Below, piece after piece: positions 19,178-28,476 of a stretch of DNA of 64,000 nucleotides (position 1 is the first letter of the stretch; every line of letters starts with the position of its first letter). The position numbers and the translations under genes are program-made. The DNA is from an uncultured delta proteobacterium. Its GTDB lineage: Bacteria; Desulfobacterota; Binatia; Binatales; Binataceae. The stretch covers positions 1,376,001 to 1,440,000 of the forward strand of contig CAVRVY010000003.1 in assembly GCA_963724765.1 (NCBI GenBank), written 5' to 3'. The notes beneath the pieces were generated by a model. That model had not been told where the DNA came from. It saw nothing but the letters and a program-made list of their open reading frames with translations, and made no database searches.

Positions 19178-20794
19178 TTATTCAGCGTGCGCGGTCATGA
19201 CCTGGGCCTGACTCTCGGTCTGCGACGGCGCGCGTTTGAGCCAGAGAAACGCCGGCACCATCAAGAGCATCAACACGGCTAGGATCCTGTAGAGGTCATC
19301 GAACGACAGAATTGCGGCTTGCGACATCACCATTCCGTACACTATGCCGAGGCCCTGCTTCTGGCCGGTCACCAATTGTCCCATGAAATGAAACGGCGGA
19401 CTGCCCGGCATCAGCGAGCCTCGCTGGCTCAGGCGCCACGCATCGAACACCGATAGATGTTCGACCAATCTCGATTGATGCACCTGCTCGTAGCTTACCA
19501 GCATGTTGGTAAGATACGAGATCCCCATCGCGGCCCCGGTATTGCGCATCAGGTTGAACAGGCTCGCCGCATCGCCCATCCGCTCGCGCCGCAATCCTGA
19601 AAACCCCACCGCCGCGAGCACCGGGAACAGCATCCCCAGGCCGCTGCCCAGCACGATGCTGTCGAGCGCGACGACGTGCGCGCTTACGTCGAGGCTCCAT
19701 TGGCTCATCAACCAGAGCCCAATCGCGGCGAGCAGGAAGCCCAGTCCGATCATCGGGCGCGTATCGACTCGCAGCCGCGCCACTTGCCCCACTGCGAACA
19801 TCGAGAACATCGCGGACATCGCCCGCGGCACCATCAGCAGCCCCGCCCGCCACGCCGTGTAACCCATCAGCTCCTGCAGAAAGATCGGCATGAGCAGGCC
19901 CGTGCCCCACAGCGTCGCGCTCATCACCACCATCAATAGAACCGTCAGCGAGAAGACCCGGTCCTTTAGGATCCGCAGGTCGATGATCGGCTGAGGAAAC
20001 AGCAGTTCATTGACCACCAGCGTGAGCAGCGCGAGCGCCGCGCACGCGGTCGCCACGACCACCCAGGTCGAGGCGAACCAGTCGGCGCGCTGGCCGCGAT
20101 CGAGCACGATTTGCGTGAGTCCCAGGCCGACCACCAGGCACGCGATGCCGACGTAGTCGACACGCCCGCCCCTCGATCGGCGCTGGCTCAGGTAGGCCGG
20201 ATCGTGCACGAACGCGTAGACCATCAGCAGGGCGACGATCCCGATCGGGACGTTGATGTAGAAATTCCAGCGCCAGTTCCAGTTGTCGGTGATCCAGCCG
20301 CCCAGCGTTGGCCCGAGGATCGGCGCTATCATCAGGCCGATACCCCACGTCGCCATCGCCATCTGCTGCTCTTCGGGCGCAAAGGTCTCCATCAGGATGG
20401 CCTGCGAGGACGGAATCATGGCCGCGCCCGCCGCGCCCTGGGCAAGCCGGAACAGCACCATCTGCCCCAGCGAGCGCGCCGCGCCGCACGCCGCAGAGGT
20501 GGCCACGAAGGCCGCCACTGAGGTCAGGAAATAGCGCTTGCGGCCGAAGCGCGAGGAAATCCATCCGGTCATCGGAATCATGATCCCGTTGGCGACCAGG
20601 TAGCTGGTGACCACCCAGGCGATTTCGTCGACGCTGGCCGAGAAGCTGCCCTGCATGTGTGGCAGTGAGACGTTGACGATCGAAGTGTCGAGCACCTCGA
20701 GCACGGTGCCCAACATCACCGCGATTGCGACCAGCCACTTGTGTCCTGCGGCCGGGCGTTCGTCGGCGACCGGAATCGGGGTTGCGCTTGCCAT
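19178..20794 (-). CDS. DHA2 (EmrB/QacA) MFS efflux permease, paralog 1
   Basis: Same motifs as the neighbour; the N-terminal halves are nearly identical at protein level. Confidence 0.93.
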   Translation of the reverse strand: MASATPIPVADERPAAGHKWLVAIAVMLGTVLEVLDTSIVNVSLPHMQGSFSASVDEIAWVVTSYLVANGIMIPMTGWISSRFGRKRYFLTSVAAFVATSAACGAARSLGQMVLFRLAQGAAGAAMIPSSQAILMETFAPEEQQMAMATWGIGLMIAPILGPTLGGWITDNWNWRWNFYINVPIGIVALLMVYAFVHDPAYLSQRRSRGGRVDYVGIACLVVGLGLTQIVLDRGQRADWFASTWVVVATACAALALLTLVVNELLFPQPIIDLRILKDRVFSLTVLLMVVMSATLWGTGLLMPIFLQELMGYTAWRAGLLMVPRAMSAMFSMFAVGQVARLRVDTRPMIGLGFLLAAIGLWLMSQWSLDVSAHVVALDSIVLGSGLGMLFPVLAAVGFSGLRRERMGDAASLFNLMRNTGAAMGISYLTNMLVSYEQVHQSRLVEHLSVFDAWRLSQRGSLMPGSPPFHFMGQLVTGQKQGLGIVYGMVMSQAAILSFDDLYRILAVLMLLMVPAFLWLKRAPSQTESQAQVMTAHAE

Positions 20795-21049
20795 GCAAGA
20801 CTACCCGGCCGCGAGCCACTTCCAGGCGGCTGCGCCACGCGCAAGTGAGATCACGACGGTGCCTGTCTCCCCCATCGACGGCCCTGTTCTCCCCCAAGGG
20901 CCACAACTATGCCCCAGCGGTCACGACTTGAAAAGGCGCCGGCGCTCATCGCGCTTTTCCACAACTTCGCCCACGGCACAACGCATAGCTGTGAAGCGAT
21001 GGAGCTACGCGATGCTGACAATCGCACGTGCGCGGCATACGCTCTGATT

Positions 21050-22648
21050 ATGCGTCTGGCCGCGATCGACGTCGGTTCGAATTCGGTCCACATGGTGATC
21101 GCGGACGTGCGGCGTGACGGACACTTCGAGGTCATCGACCGCGTCAAGGAGATGGTGCGACTGGGACGCAATATGTTCACCAGCGGCAAGCTGGCGCGCG
21201 AGCCGATGGAACTGGCGGTGCGCGCGCTCAAGAATTTCGCGCGCCTGGCCAAGGTGCGCCGGGTCGATCGGATTCGCGCGGTCGCGACCAGCGCCGTGCG
21301 CGAGGCGCAAAATCGCGAAGTCTTCATCTCGCGCATCCGGCGCGAGACCGGTCTCAAAGTCGAAGTCATCTCAGGCGCCGAAGAGGCGCAGTTCATTTTC
21401 AGCGCCGCGCGTCACGCGCTCGGCCTCGAGGGCGGGCCCTACCTGCTGATCGACGTCGGCGGCGGGAGCGTCGAGCTGGTGCTGGTGCGCGACGGCGAGG
21501 CGCTATGGATGGAGAGTCTGCCGCTGGGCGTCGCGCGGCTGACCGAACGGTTCCTCACTTCCGACCCGCCCGACCCGGCCGACGTGCGCAGGCTCGAAGA
21601 CCATCTGCATCGCAAGCTCGATACGCTGCTGCGCAAGACGCGGCGCGCCGAAGTGGTGCAGGCGATTGGCACCTCCGGAACCATAAATGCGCTGGTCGCG
21701 ATGGCGCGGGTGGCGCGCGACGGCGAGCAGGATCGGCTCCACGGCCTGAGTATCCCCGCCACCGACGTCACCTGGCTGCGCAACCGCCTGCTCAAGCTCT
21801 CCGCCGATGAGCGCGCCGAACTCCCGGGCGCGGACCCCAAGCGCGCTGACCTGATGCCGGCGGCCGTAGTGCTGGCGGACTTCGTGCTGGAGCACGCGGG
21901 CGCGCGGGAACTGGTCGCCTGCACCTGGGCGCTGCGCGAGGGAATCCTGCTGAGCATGGTCAACGCGGGCGCGCGGGACCGCGGTTCGATCGAGGCGCGC
22001 CGACGCTCGGTAAGTGCGCTGGCGCGGCGTTTCGGCGCGCTCAACGGACATGGGCCGCAGGTGGCGCGCCTGGCGCTCAAGATTTTCGACGCGGCCGCGC
22101 CGGCGCTCAAAGCCGGCCCGCAGGCGCGCGAACTTCTGGAACACGCCGCGCTGCTGCACGATATCGGCCGCGTCATCGACCACGATCGCCATAACCGTCA
22201 CACCTACTACCTGGTCAAGAACGCCGAGCTGTTGGGCTTCGAGCCGCTCGAGATCGAGATCATCGCGCAGGCCGCGCGCGGCCATCGCAAGCCCTCGGCA
22301 CGGCTCGACTCGCCGGAGTTTCGCGAGCTGAGCCCTGCAAAACGCCATTTGGTCCGCTCCATAGCGGCGGTTCTGCGGTTGGCCGATGCGCTGGACCGAA
22401 GTCACTTCAGTGTGGTTAAAGATATACACATCAGACGTTCACCAGACCGATTCACCATCGCAGTCGATGCTGCCGGTGGGCAGGCAGACCTTGAGCTATG
22501 GACTTGCGAGAGAAGATCGGACCTGCTGTCGAGGCTGCTGAGCCGTCAGATAACGGTCAAGCGCCGGGCTCCGCGGGCAACGGTCAGGCGCCGGGCACAG
22601 CGGCCGACGGGCCGGCCGCGGCGGGCGGCGGCGCGGGGCGGACGGTAA
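21050..22648 (+). CDS. ppx: Ppx/GppA exopolyphosphatase with HD domain
   Basis: AAIDVGSNSVH, ATSAVREAQN, SGAEEA, IDVGGGSVE, ALREG, LLHDIG, LRLADALD. Confidence 0.93.
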   Translation: MRLAAIDVGSNSVHMVIADVRRDGHFEVIDRVKEMVRLGRNMFTSGKLAREPMELAVRALKNFARLAKVRRVDRIRAVATSAVREAQNREVFISRIRRETGLKVEVISGAEEAQFIFSAARHALGLEGGPYLLIDVGGGSVELVLVRDGEALWMESLPLGVARLTERFLTSDPPDPADVRRLEDHLHRKLDTLLRKTRRAEVVQAIGTSGTINALVAMARVARDGEQDRLHGLSIPATDVTWLRNRLLKLSADERAELPGADPKRADLMPAAVVLADFVLEHAGARELVACTWALREGILLSMVNAGARDRGSIEARRRSVSALARRFGALNGHGPQVARLALKIFDAAAPALKAGPQARELLEHAALLHDIGRVIDHDRHNRHTYYLVKNAELLGFEPLEIEIIAQAARGHRKPSARLDSPEFRELSPAKRHLVRSIAAVLRLADALDRSHFSVVKDIHIRRSPDRFTIAVDAAGGQADLELWTCERRSDLLSRLLSRQITVKRRAPRATVRRRAQRPTGRPRRAAARGGR

Positions 22649-23373
22649 AGGGGCATCGGCGCACCCTGCTTAGCTCGCCCCATCCGTACCCGGGCCGGCT
22701 GATCGCGGTCGAGGGGATCGACGGTTCGGGCAAGTCGACTCAGGTGAAACTGCTGGAGCGCTGGCTGCGCGCGCGCGGCTACCCGGTGCATTTCACCGAA
22801 TGGAACTCCTCGCGCCTGGTGCGCAACTCGATGCGTCGCGGCAAGCGGCGCAACCTGCTCACGCCGAGCACCTTCAGCCTGCTGCACGCGGTCGACTTTG
22901 CCGACCGCTTCATCTATCAGATCCTGCCGCCCCTGCGTGCCGGGATGATCGTGCTGGCCGACCGTTACGTTTACACCGCGTTTGCGCGCGACGTGGCCCG
23001 CGGCGTGCATCCTGACTGGGTACGCGGAGTCTATCGCTTCGCGCCGCGCCCCGACCTCACGTTCTTTTTCCGCGTGCCCATCGACGTCTCGCTCGAGCGG
23101 CTGCTGGCCGGGCGGGCCAAGCTGAAGTACTACGAGGCCGGGATGGACCTCGGGTTATCGACCGACCTGGTCGAAAGTTTCCGCCTCTTCCAGGGCCGCG
23201 TGCTGGAGATCTATGATCAGCTTGCCGAGGAGTTCGATCTCCGTGTCATCGACGCCAGCCATGACATCGCCGGCCAGCAGAAAGTCGTGCGCCGGATGAC
23301 TGGCGAAATCCTGCGTGAGTATGACCATCAGCGCGCCCGCAACCACCATGGCAACTCGACCATCGCACGCTAA
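22498..23373 (+). CDS. Thymidylate-kinase-like P-loop protein A
   Basis: VEGIDGSGKST, ADRYVYTAFARD; FTEWNSS replaces the canonical TREPG motif. Start uncertain because of the long overlap with ppx. Confidence 0.85.
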   Translation: MDLREKIGPAVEAAEPSDNGQAPGSAGNGQAPGTAADGPAAAGGGAGRTVKGHRRTLLSSPHPYPGRLIAVEGIDGSGKSTQVKLLERWLRARGYPVHFTEWNSSRLVRNSMRRGKRRNLLTPSTFSLLHAVDFADRFIYQILPPLRAGMIVLADRYVYTAFARDVARGVHPDWVRGVYRFAPRPDLTFFFRVPIDVSLERLLAGRAKLKYYEAGMDLGLSTDLVESFRLFQGRVLEIYDQLAEEFDLRVIDASHDIAGQQKVVRRMTGEILREYDHQRARNHHGNSTIAR

Positions 23374-24091
23374 GCGCTGGCACGGCCACGGCCTGCCCTA
23401 TCTCGACGAGAAGCCGCTGCCCGGTCATCTACTCGTGATCGAGGGCACCGACGGGGTGGGACGTTCGACCCAGGTCGAGCTTCTGCGCGGATGGCTCGAG
23501 TTGGAAGGCTACGCGGTCAGCAACACCGGATGGACCCGCTCGCCGCTGCTCTCGGCAACTATCGCCGAGGCCAAGGCCGGCCATCAGCTCACGCCGATAA
23601 CTTTCAGCCTGCTGTACGCCGCGGATTTCGCCGACCGGCTCGAACACGAGATCCTGCCCGCACTGCAGGCCGGCTTCGTCGTGATCGCCGACCGCTACAT
23701 GTACACCGCCTTTGCGCGCAACGCGGTGATGGGCGCCGACCCGGAATGGACTCACGAAGTGTTCGGGATGGCGCTGGTGCCGGACCTCGTGTTGTACCTG
23801 GAGATCGACGTCGACAGGCTGGTGCCGCGCGTGGTTCGCGGCAAAGGGATGGACTACTGGGAGTCCGGTATGCATCTGGCGCTCTCCAGCGATATCTTTG
23901 ACTCGTTTCAGAATTATCAGCGGCGCATCATCGACGAATACAATCGTCTCGCGCATGATTTCGGCTTCATCACCATCGACGCCCGCGAGTCGATCAGCAA
24001 GATTCAGAGCGAAGTGCGCGCACACGTCTCGGATTACCTGCGGCGCTCGCAGAGCGGCCTGCATCCGCAGGTGGAACCAAAGGTACAGTGA
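23321..24091 (+). CDS. Thymidylate-kinase-like P-loop protein B (Walker A Lys to Arg)
   Basis: IEGTDGVGRST, ADRYMYTAFARN; clear paralog of the previous gene (TFSLL.A.DFADR, Y.E.GM.L.LS.D...SF). Start may be 23348. Confidence 0.85.
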   Translation: MTISAPATTMATRPSHAKRWHGHGLPYLDEKPLPGHLLVIEGTDGVGRSTQVELLRGWLELEGYAVSNTGWTRSPLLSATIAEAKAGHQLTPITFSLLYAADFADRLEHEILPALQAGFVVIADRYMYTAFARNAVMGADPEWTHEVFGMALVPDLVLYLEIDVDRLVPRVVRGKGMDYWESGMHLALSSDIFDSFQNYQRRIIDEYNRLAHDFGFITIDARESISKIQSEVRAHVSDYLRRSQSGLHPQVEPKVQ

Positions 24092-25083
24092 TGACCGCCG
24101 TCAGCCGTTCACCGCGTGCGCATCCTGCCGCGCCATCGGCGGCCGATCACGCGGTCAAGGTGGCGTCGGCAGCGATAACCGCTCAGCTACGTGCGATCAC
24201 CGCCGAGCACGACAAGGCCTTAGCTGGTGACGTCGAAGCGATCCATCGGCTGCGCGTGGCGACGCGGCGCTTGCGCGCCGCTTTGCGGATGCTGCGGGAG
24301 GTCGCGCCGGACGACGAGACAGAGAGCGCCGCGGACGAACTGGGATGGCTGTGCGGCGCGATTGGCGCGGTGCGCGATTTCGACGTGCTCGCGCAGCTGC
24401 TCCAGGAGCGCGCGAAGCGCCTGGAAGCCGATTTTATTCGCGCGCTCGCGCCGCTCTCCGAGACGATCCGCTGCCAGCGCGCGATCGAGCAGGAGCGCCT
24501 GGTCACGGCGCTCGACTCCGAGCGCTGCCGCGGTCTCGTCCAGCGCCTGAGCGCAATCGCGCCCGAGCCAGCGGCCGACAGCATCACGCTCGGCGCGGTG
24601 GCGGCGCGGCTGGTACGTCCGCAACTGCGCGCGATGCTGCGCGCGGGTGCGGGACTCGACGAGGCCTCACCGCCCGAAGCCCTGCATCGCCTGCGCGTGC
24701 GCGTCAAAAAGCTGCGTTACGTTCTCGAGCCGATGCGCGCCGTCGGCGGCAAGCCGGCGCGCAGGATACTGCGGCGTCTCGAACGCATACAGGAGCGCGT
24801 CGGCATGTACCATGACGCGGTGACCGCGGTCGCATGGCTGCGCGGATGGGCCGACGAATCGCACCACGCGCCGGCCGCGGCCCTGATGGCGGTTGGCGCG
24901 CTGATTCATTCGCTCGAACGCCGCATCCGCCGCCTGCGCGCGCGCAGTCTCAAGGCCTGGCGCCACGCGGAGATAGACGAACTCGCCCGCACCGTGCTCC
25001 AGGAACTCAACGATGCGGCCGCCCAGGCGAGACGCGCAGCCAAGCCGCCGCTCGCCTTGGTCCCGATGGTAAGTGCATCGTGA
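24091..25083 (+). CDS. CHAD-domain (polyphosphate-binding) protein
   Basis: EAIHRLRVATRRLRA, GAVRDFDV, ALHRLRVRVKKLRY, QERVGMYHD; TGATG coupling to the upstream gene. Confidence 0.92.
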   Translation: MTAVSRSPRAHPAAPSAADHAVKVASAAITAQLRAITAEHDKALAGDVEAIHRLRVATRRLRAALRMLREVAPDDETESAADELGWLCGAIGAVRDFDVLAQLLQERAKRLEADFIRALAPLSETIRCQRAIEQERLVTALDSERCRGLVQRLSAIAPEPAADSITLGAVAARLVRPQLRAMLRAGAGLDEASPPEALHRLRVRVKKLRYVLEPMRAVGGKPARRILRRLERIQERVGMYHDAVTAVAWLRGWADESHHAPAAALMAVGALIHSLERRIRRLRARSLKAWRHAEIDELARTVLQELNDAAAQARRAAKPPLALVPMVSAS

Positions 25084-25583
25084 GGCTCTACATTTTGCGT
25101 CACGGAGTGGCCGAGAACGAAGCGCCCCCGGGTGGCGACGACGGTGCGCGCCGGCTGACTGCTCGCGGCCGTGAGAAAGTGCGCGAGGCGGCGGCTGGGA
25201 TGCGCGCATTGGGACTTAAGTTCGACGCTATCCTCACGAGTCCCCTGCCGCGCGCCGCTGAAACCGCGGAACTGGTCGCCACCGTCTACTCTGACGGGCC
25301 GGCGCCCGAGGTCTTCGCCCCGCTATCCACGGGTGTGGCGCCCGCCGATTCGGTTGCGGCGCTTAAGCCTTACGAACGGTACGACCACCTGATGATCGTC
25401 GGTCACGAACCGGGGCTGAGCGGAATAGTCTCGTTGTTGCTGACCGGCTCGGCTAACAGCGTGAGCTTCGACCTGAAGAAGTCGGGGATGATCGCGCTCG
25501 ATTTGCACGACGGAGTGGAGCGCGGCGAGGCGCAGTTGCTCTGGATCCTGACGCCGCGCCAGTTGCGCCGGCTGCGCAAGTGA
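25080..25583 (+). CDS. sixA: Phosphohistidine phosphatase SixA
   Basis: LYILRHGVAE, RRLTARG, TSPLPRAAETA, IVGHEP; GTGA coupling. Confidence 0.92.
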   Translation: MRLYILRHGVAENEAPPGGDDGARRLTARGREKVREAAAGMRALGLKFDAILTSPLPRAAETAELVATVYSDGPAPEVFAPLSTGVAPADSVAALKPYERYDHLMIVGHEPGLSGIVSLLLTGSANSVSFDLKKSGMIALDLHDGVERGEAQLLWILTPRQLRRLRK

Positions 25584-25635
25584 CGGCGCGCGCGTTTCGC
25601 CGCACTAACTACCTATTCAGTTGCCTTTCTGACCA

Positions 25636-28467
25636 TTACTTGATGTAGAACGCTTCGGGAGCCGGGCGGTAAACGCGCGCCAGCCAGATTGGGCGCCGAA
25701 GTCCGCCGGGACCCGGCGCCGCCCGCGTCATCTCGAGCCATCGGCGATATACCTCGTGCGACTTGCGCGTGTCGACGAAGATGTCGCCGTAGCGATCCTG
25801 AGGTCCCGCCGTGGCGACCGTGACTTTCTGATGCCAGCAGTGCTGGCCACTTATCGGGTCGGGCTGCACAGGGAAGATCAGGTTCTGATGCACGCCGGCG
25901 TCCTGCCACCAGATGCGGCCCGAGTCCGGGTCGGCGCTCTTAAACGGCCGCACGCCATGCACCTGGCGCATCATCCACGTGCCCTCCTCCTTATGGCTCA
26001 GCTCGACCAGTCCGCTCGACCATCGCTCTCCGCCTTCATCCTCCTTGAGCCGCCAGCGGCCGAGATGATGCGAGCAGGCGATCACGCCCGGCCGAATCGA
26101 TTCGGTCACCCAGACCTTGTCGATGAAATAGCCAATCTCGGTCGCGACCCTCAGCAGGCCGCCGGTGTCGACGCCGAAGCGCCGCGCGTCCTGCGGATTC
26201 AGCCACAGCGGATTGCGATTGGATATTTCGTATAGCCACTTGGCATTGCCGGAGCGCGTATGTACCAGCGTCGGGAGACGAAAAGTCGGCAGCAGCAGCA
26301 TCTCGCCGCGCTCCCGATCGATATTGCTCCAGTGGACCTGGCTCCTTATGTAGGTGGGAACCGAGTACTCGGGCCATTTCCAGTCTTTCAGCGTCTTCGA
26401 ATAGAACTCCAGCTTGCGCGACGGCGTGGGAAAGCCGGCGCAGGCGCGGCCGTCGATCTCGACTCCGACCGCAGCCCCGCCGCGCGTGATGACCTTGCTC
26501 GCCGGGTCGACCGCCGCGCCTTTCAGATCGTCCGCCGAGAGCGGTTTTTCGTGAACCCGGTAGGAGCCCTCTTCGATCAGGAAGGCGCCGTACTTGCGCA
26601 TGTAGGCAAGCGGCGCGAGCCCTTCCTTGGCCGCCGCCGCGGGCAGGCCGGGCACGCTGTTCTCGAAGATCCAGCGATAGAAATCCTCGACCGTCAGCTT
26701 TTCGCCCGCGCGATACGGCGACTCGAAGTACTTGCGGATACCGAGCGCGCCGTCGGGATCGATTCTCCATGACAGCTCGATCCAGAACTCGTCCTCCTCC
26801 CAGACCTCGCCCAGGCCGGCCTCGCGATGGGCCTCGTAGGTGAAGTTGAAACGCTTGCCCGCGCGCTCCAGCGCGACCCGCGCGACCGGCTGCCGAAAGC
26901 CAATCCATCGCGCGGCGTGAGTCTCCTGGCTCAGCAGGTCATGGCGCTCCGGCCCATGGCCCATCGGCAGCACATAGTCGGCGAATTGCGCGGTCTCGCT
27001 CCAGATCGGCGTAAGACAGGCGTGCTGTTCGATTTTGCTCTCGTCGGTGAGCGCCTCGATCCAGCTCATCCCGTCGGGATTGGTCCAGACGGGATTGTAG
27101 ACGCGAGTGAAGTACGTGCTTACCTTGCCGCGGCCCTCTTTCAGAAAATGCGGGAGTAGAAAACTCATCTCGAAAAACGCGAGCGGGAACTCGCGCGGCC
27201 ACATCAGCTCGTTCCACATTCGTGACGGCGGCGGCATCATCGGCGGCGCCGGCACGAACTTGTTGGCGGAGTTGGGCGCGGTGCCGCCGGGTGCATCGAC
27301 CGCGCCCATCAGGACCACCAGCAGCTCGAGCGCGCGCGCCACCTGCCATCCGCCCAGGTTGCCCGCCGCCGCGTTACGCCAGACGTGGGTCGCGAGCGCC
27401 GCTCCGGCGCGTCCAATCTCGCGCGCGACCTCGACGATTACCTTGGCCGGCGCGCCCGACTCGCGCTCGGCGAACTCGGGTGTGTATTGGGCATAGACCT
27501 CGCCGAGGACATCCAGGAACGTGTCGAAGGTCTGCGGGCGTTCCGGATGCTCTTCGCGCAGAAACTCCTCCCAGTTGACCCATCGGCGCACGAACTCGCG
27601 GTCGTACAGCCGCTCGCGCAGGATCACCTGGCACATGGCCAGCAGCACCGCCGCCTCGCTGCCCGGCCACGTCGACAGCCACCAGTCGGCCTTGGTCGCG
27701 GTGTTCGAAAGCCGCGTATCGATCACGCAGACCCGGGCTCCGCGCTCCTTGGCCTCGATAATCCGCTGCGCGTGCGGATTGAAATAGTGGCCAGCCTCGA
27801 GGTGCGAGCTGAGCAGGAGAATGAAGCGGGCGTTGGCGTGGTCGGGCGACGGCCGATCGGCGCCGTGCCAGAACGCGTAGCCGGTGCGCGCGCCCGCCGA
27901 GCACACGTTCGTATGGCTGTTGTGCCCGTCGATTCCCCAGGCGTGCAGGATGCGCTGATTGTAAATCAGTTCATGGCCGGGGCGGCCGACGTGGTAGAGA
28001 ATCTCGTTGCGGCGGCCATCGACCAGCGCACAGCGGATTCGCCCGGCGAGATCATCGAGCGCGTCGTCCCACGTCACGCGCTCCCACTTGCCTTCGCCGC
28101 GCCGCCCCGCACGCCGCATCGGGTAGAGGATGCGCTCGGGATCGGTGACCTGGTTGATCGTCGCGGGGCCCTTGGCGCAGTTGCGGCCGCGGCTTCCCGG
28201 ATGCACCGGGTTGCCTTCGAACTTGCGGATTGTGAAGTCGCGCTTGTTGACGTATCCGAGCAGGCCACATCCGGCTTCGCAGTTGAAGCAGACGGTTGGC
28301 ACCAGCGTGTAGTGCTGCTCGACCTTGCGTGGCCACGCGGCCGGGTCGTACTCGACCCAGTCGTCCCATCGTTCGGCCGGGGGAAACGCACTCAGCCCGC
28401 CGGCCGGCGCCTCGAGTTCCATCGCCGCCGGATTGAGCGGTCTCAATTCCTCTTTTGCCGCAGCCAT
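25636..28467 (-). CDS. DMSO-reductase-family molybdopterin oxidoreductase, catalytic subunit (Psr/Ttr/Arr-like)
   Basis: CFNCEAGC...CAKG FS0 motif, RILYPMRR, SHTNVCS (putative Cys Mo ligand), SETAQFADYVLP. No twin-arginine leader. Confidence 0.88.
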   Translation of the reverse strand: MAAAKEELRPLNPAAMELEAPAGGLSAFPPAERWDDWVEYDPAAWPRKVEQHYTLVPTVCFNCEAGCGLLGYVNKRDFTIRKFEGNPVHPGSRGRNCAKGPATINQVTDPERILYPMRRAGRRGEGKWERVTWDDALDDLAGRIRCALVDGRRNEILYHVGRPGHELIYNQRILHAWGIDGHNSHTNVCSAGARTGYAFWHGADRPSPDHANARFILLLSSHLEAGHYFNPHAQRIIEAKERGARVCVIDTRLSNTATKADWWLSTWPGSEAAVLLAMCQVILRERLYDREFVRRWVNWEEFLREEHPERPQTFDTFLDVLGEVYAQYTPEFAERESGAPAKVIVEVAREIGRAGAALATHVWRNAAAGNLGGWQVARALELLVVLMGAVDAPGGTAPNSANKFVPAPPMMPPPSRMWNELMWPREFPLAFFEMSFLLPHFLKEGRGKVSTYFTRVYNPVWTNPDGMSWIEALTDESKIEQHACLTPIWSETAQFADYVLPMGHGPERHDLLSQETHAARWIGFRQPVARVALERAGKRFNFTYEAHREAGLGEVWEEDEFWIELSWRIDPDGALGIRKYFESPYRAGEKLTVEDFYRWIFENSVPGLPAAAAKEGLAPLAYMRKYGAFLIEEGSYRVHEKPLSADDLKGAAVDPASKVITRGGAAVGVEIDGRACAGFPTPSRKLEFYSKTLKDWKWPEYSVPTYIRSQVHWSNIDRERGEMLLLPTFRLPTLVHTRSGNAKWLYEISNRNPLWLNPQDARRFGVDTGGLLRVATEIGYFIDKVWVTESIRPGVIACSHHLGRWRLKEDEGGERWSSGLVELSHKEEGTWMMRQVHGVRPFKSADPDSGRIWWQDAGVHQNLIFPVQPDPISGQHCWHQKVTVATAGPQDRYGDIFVDTRKSHEVYRRWLEMTRAAPGPGGLRRPIWLARVYRPAPEAFYIK

Positions 28468-28476
28468 CGTCGGATA

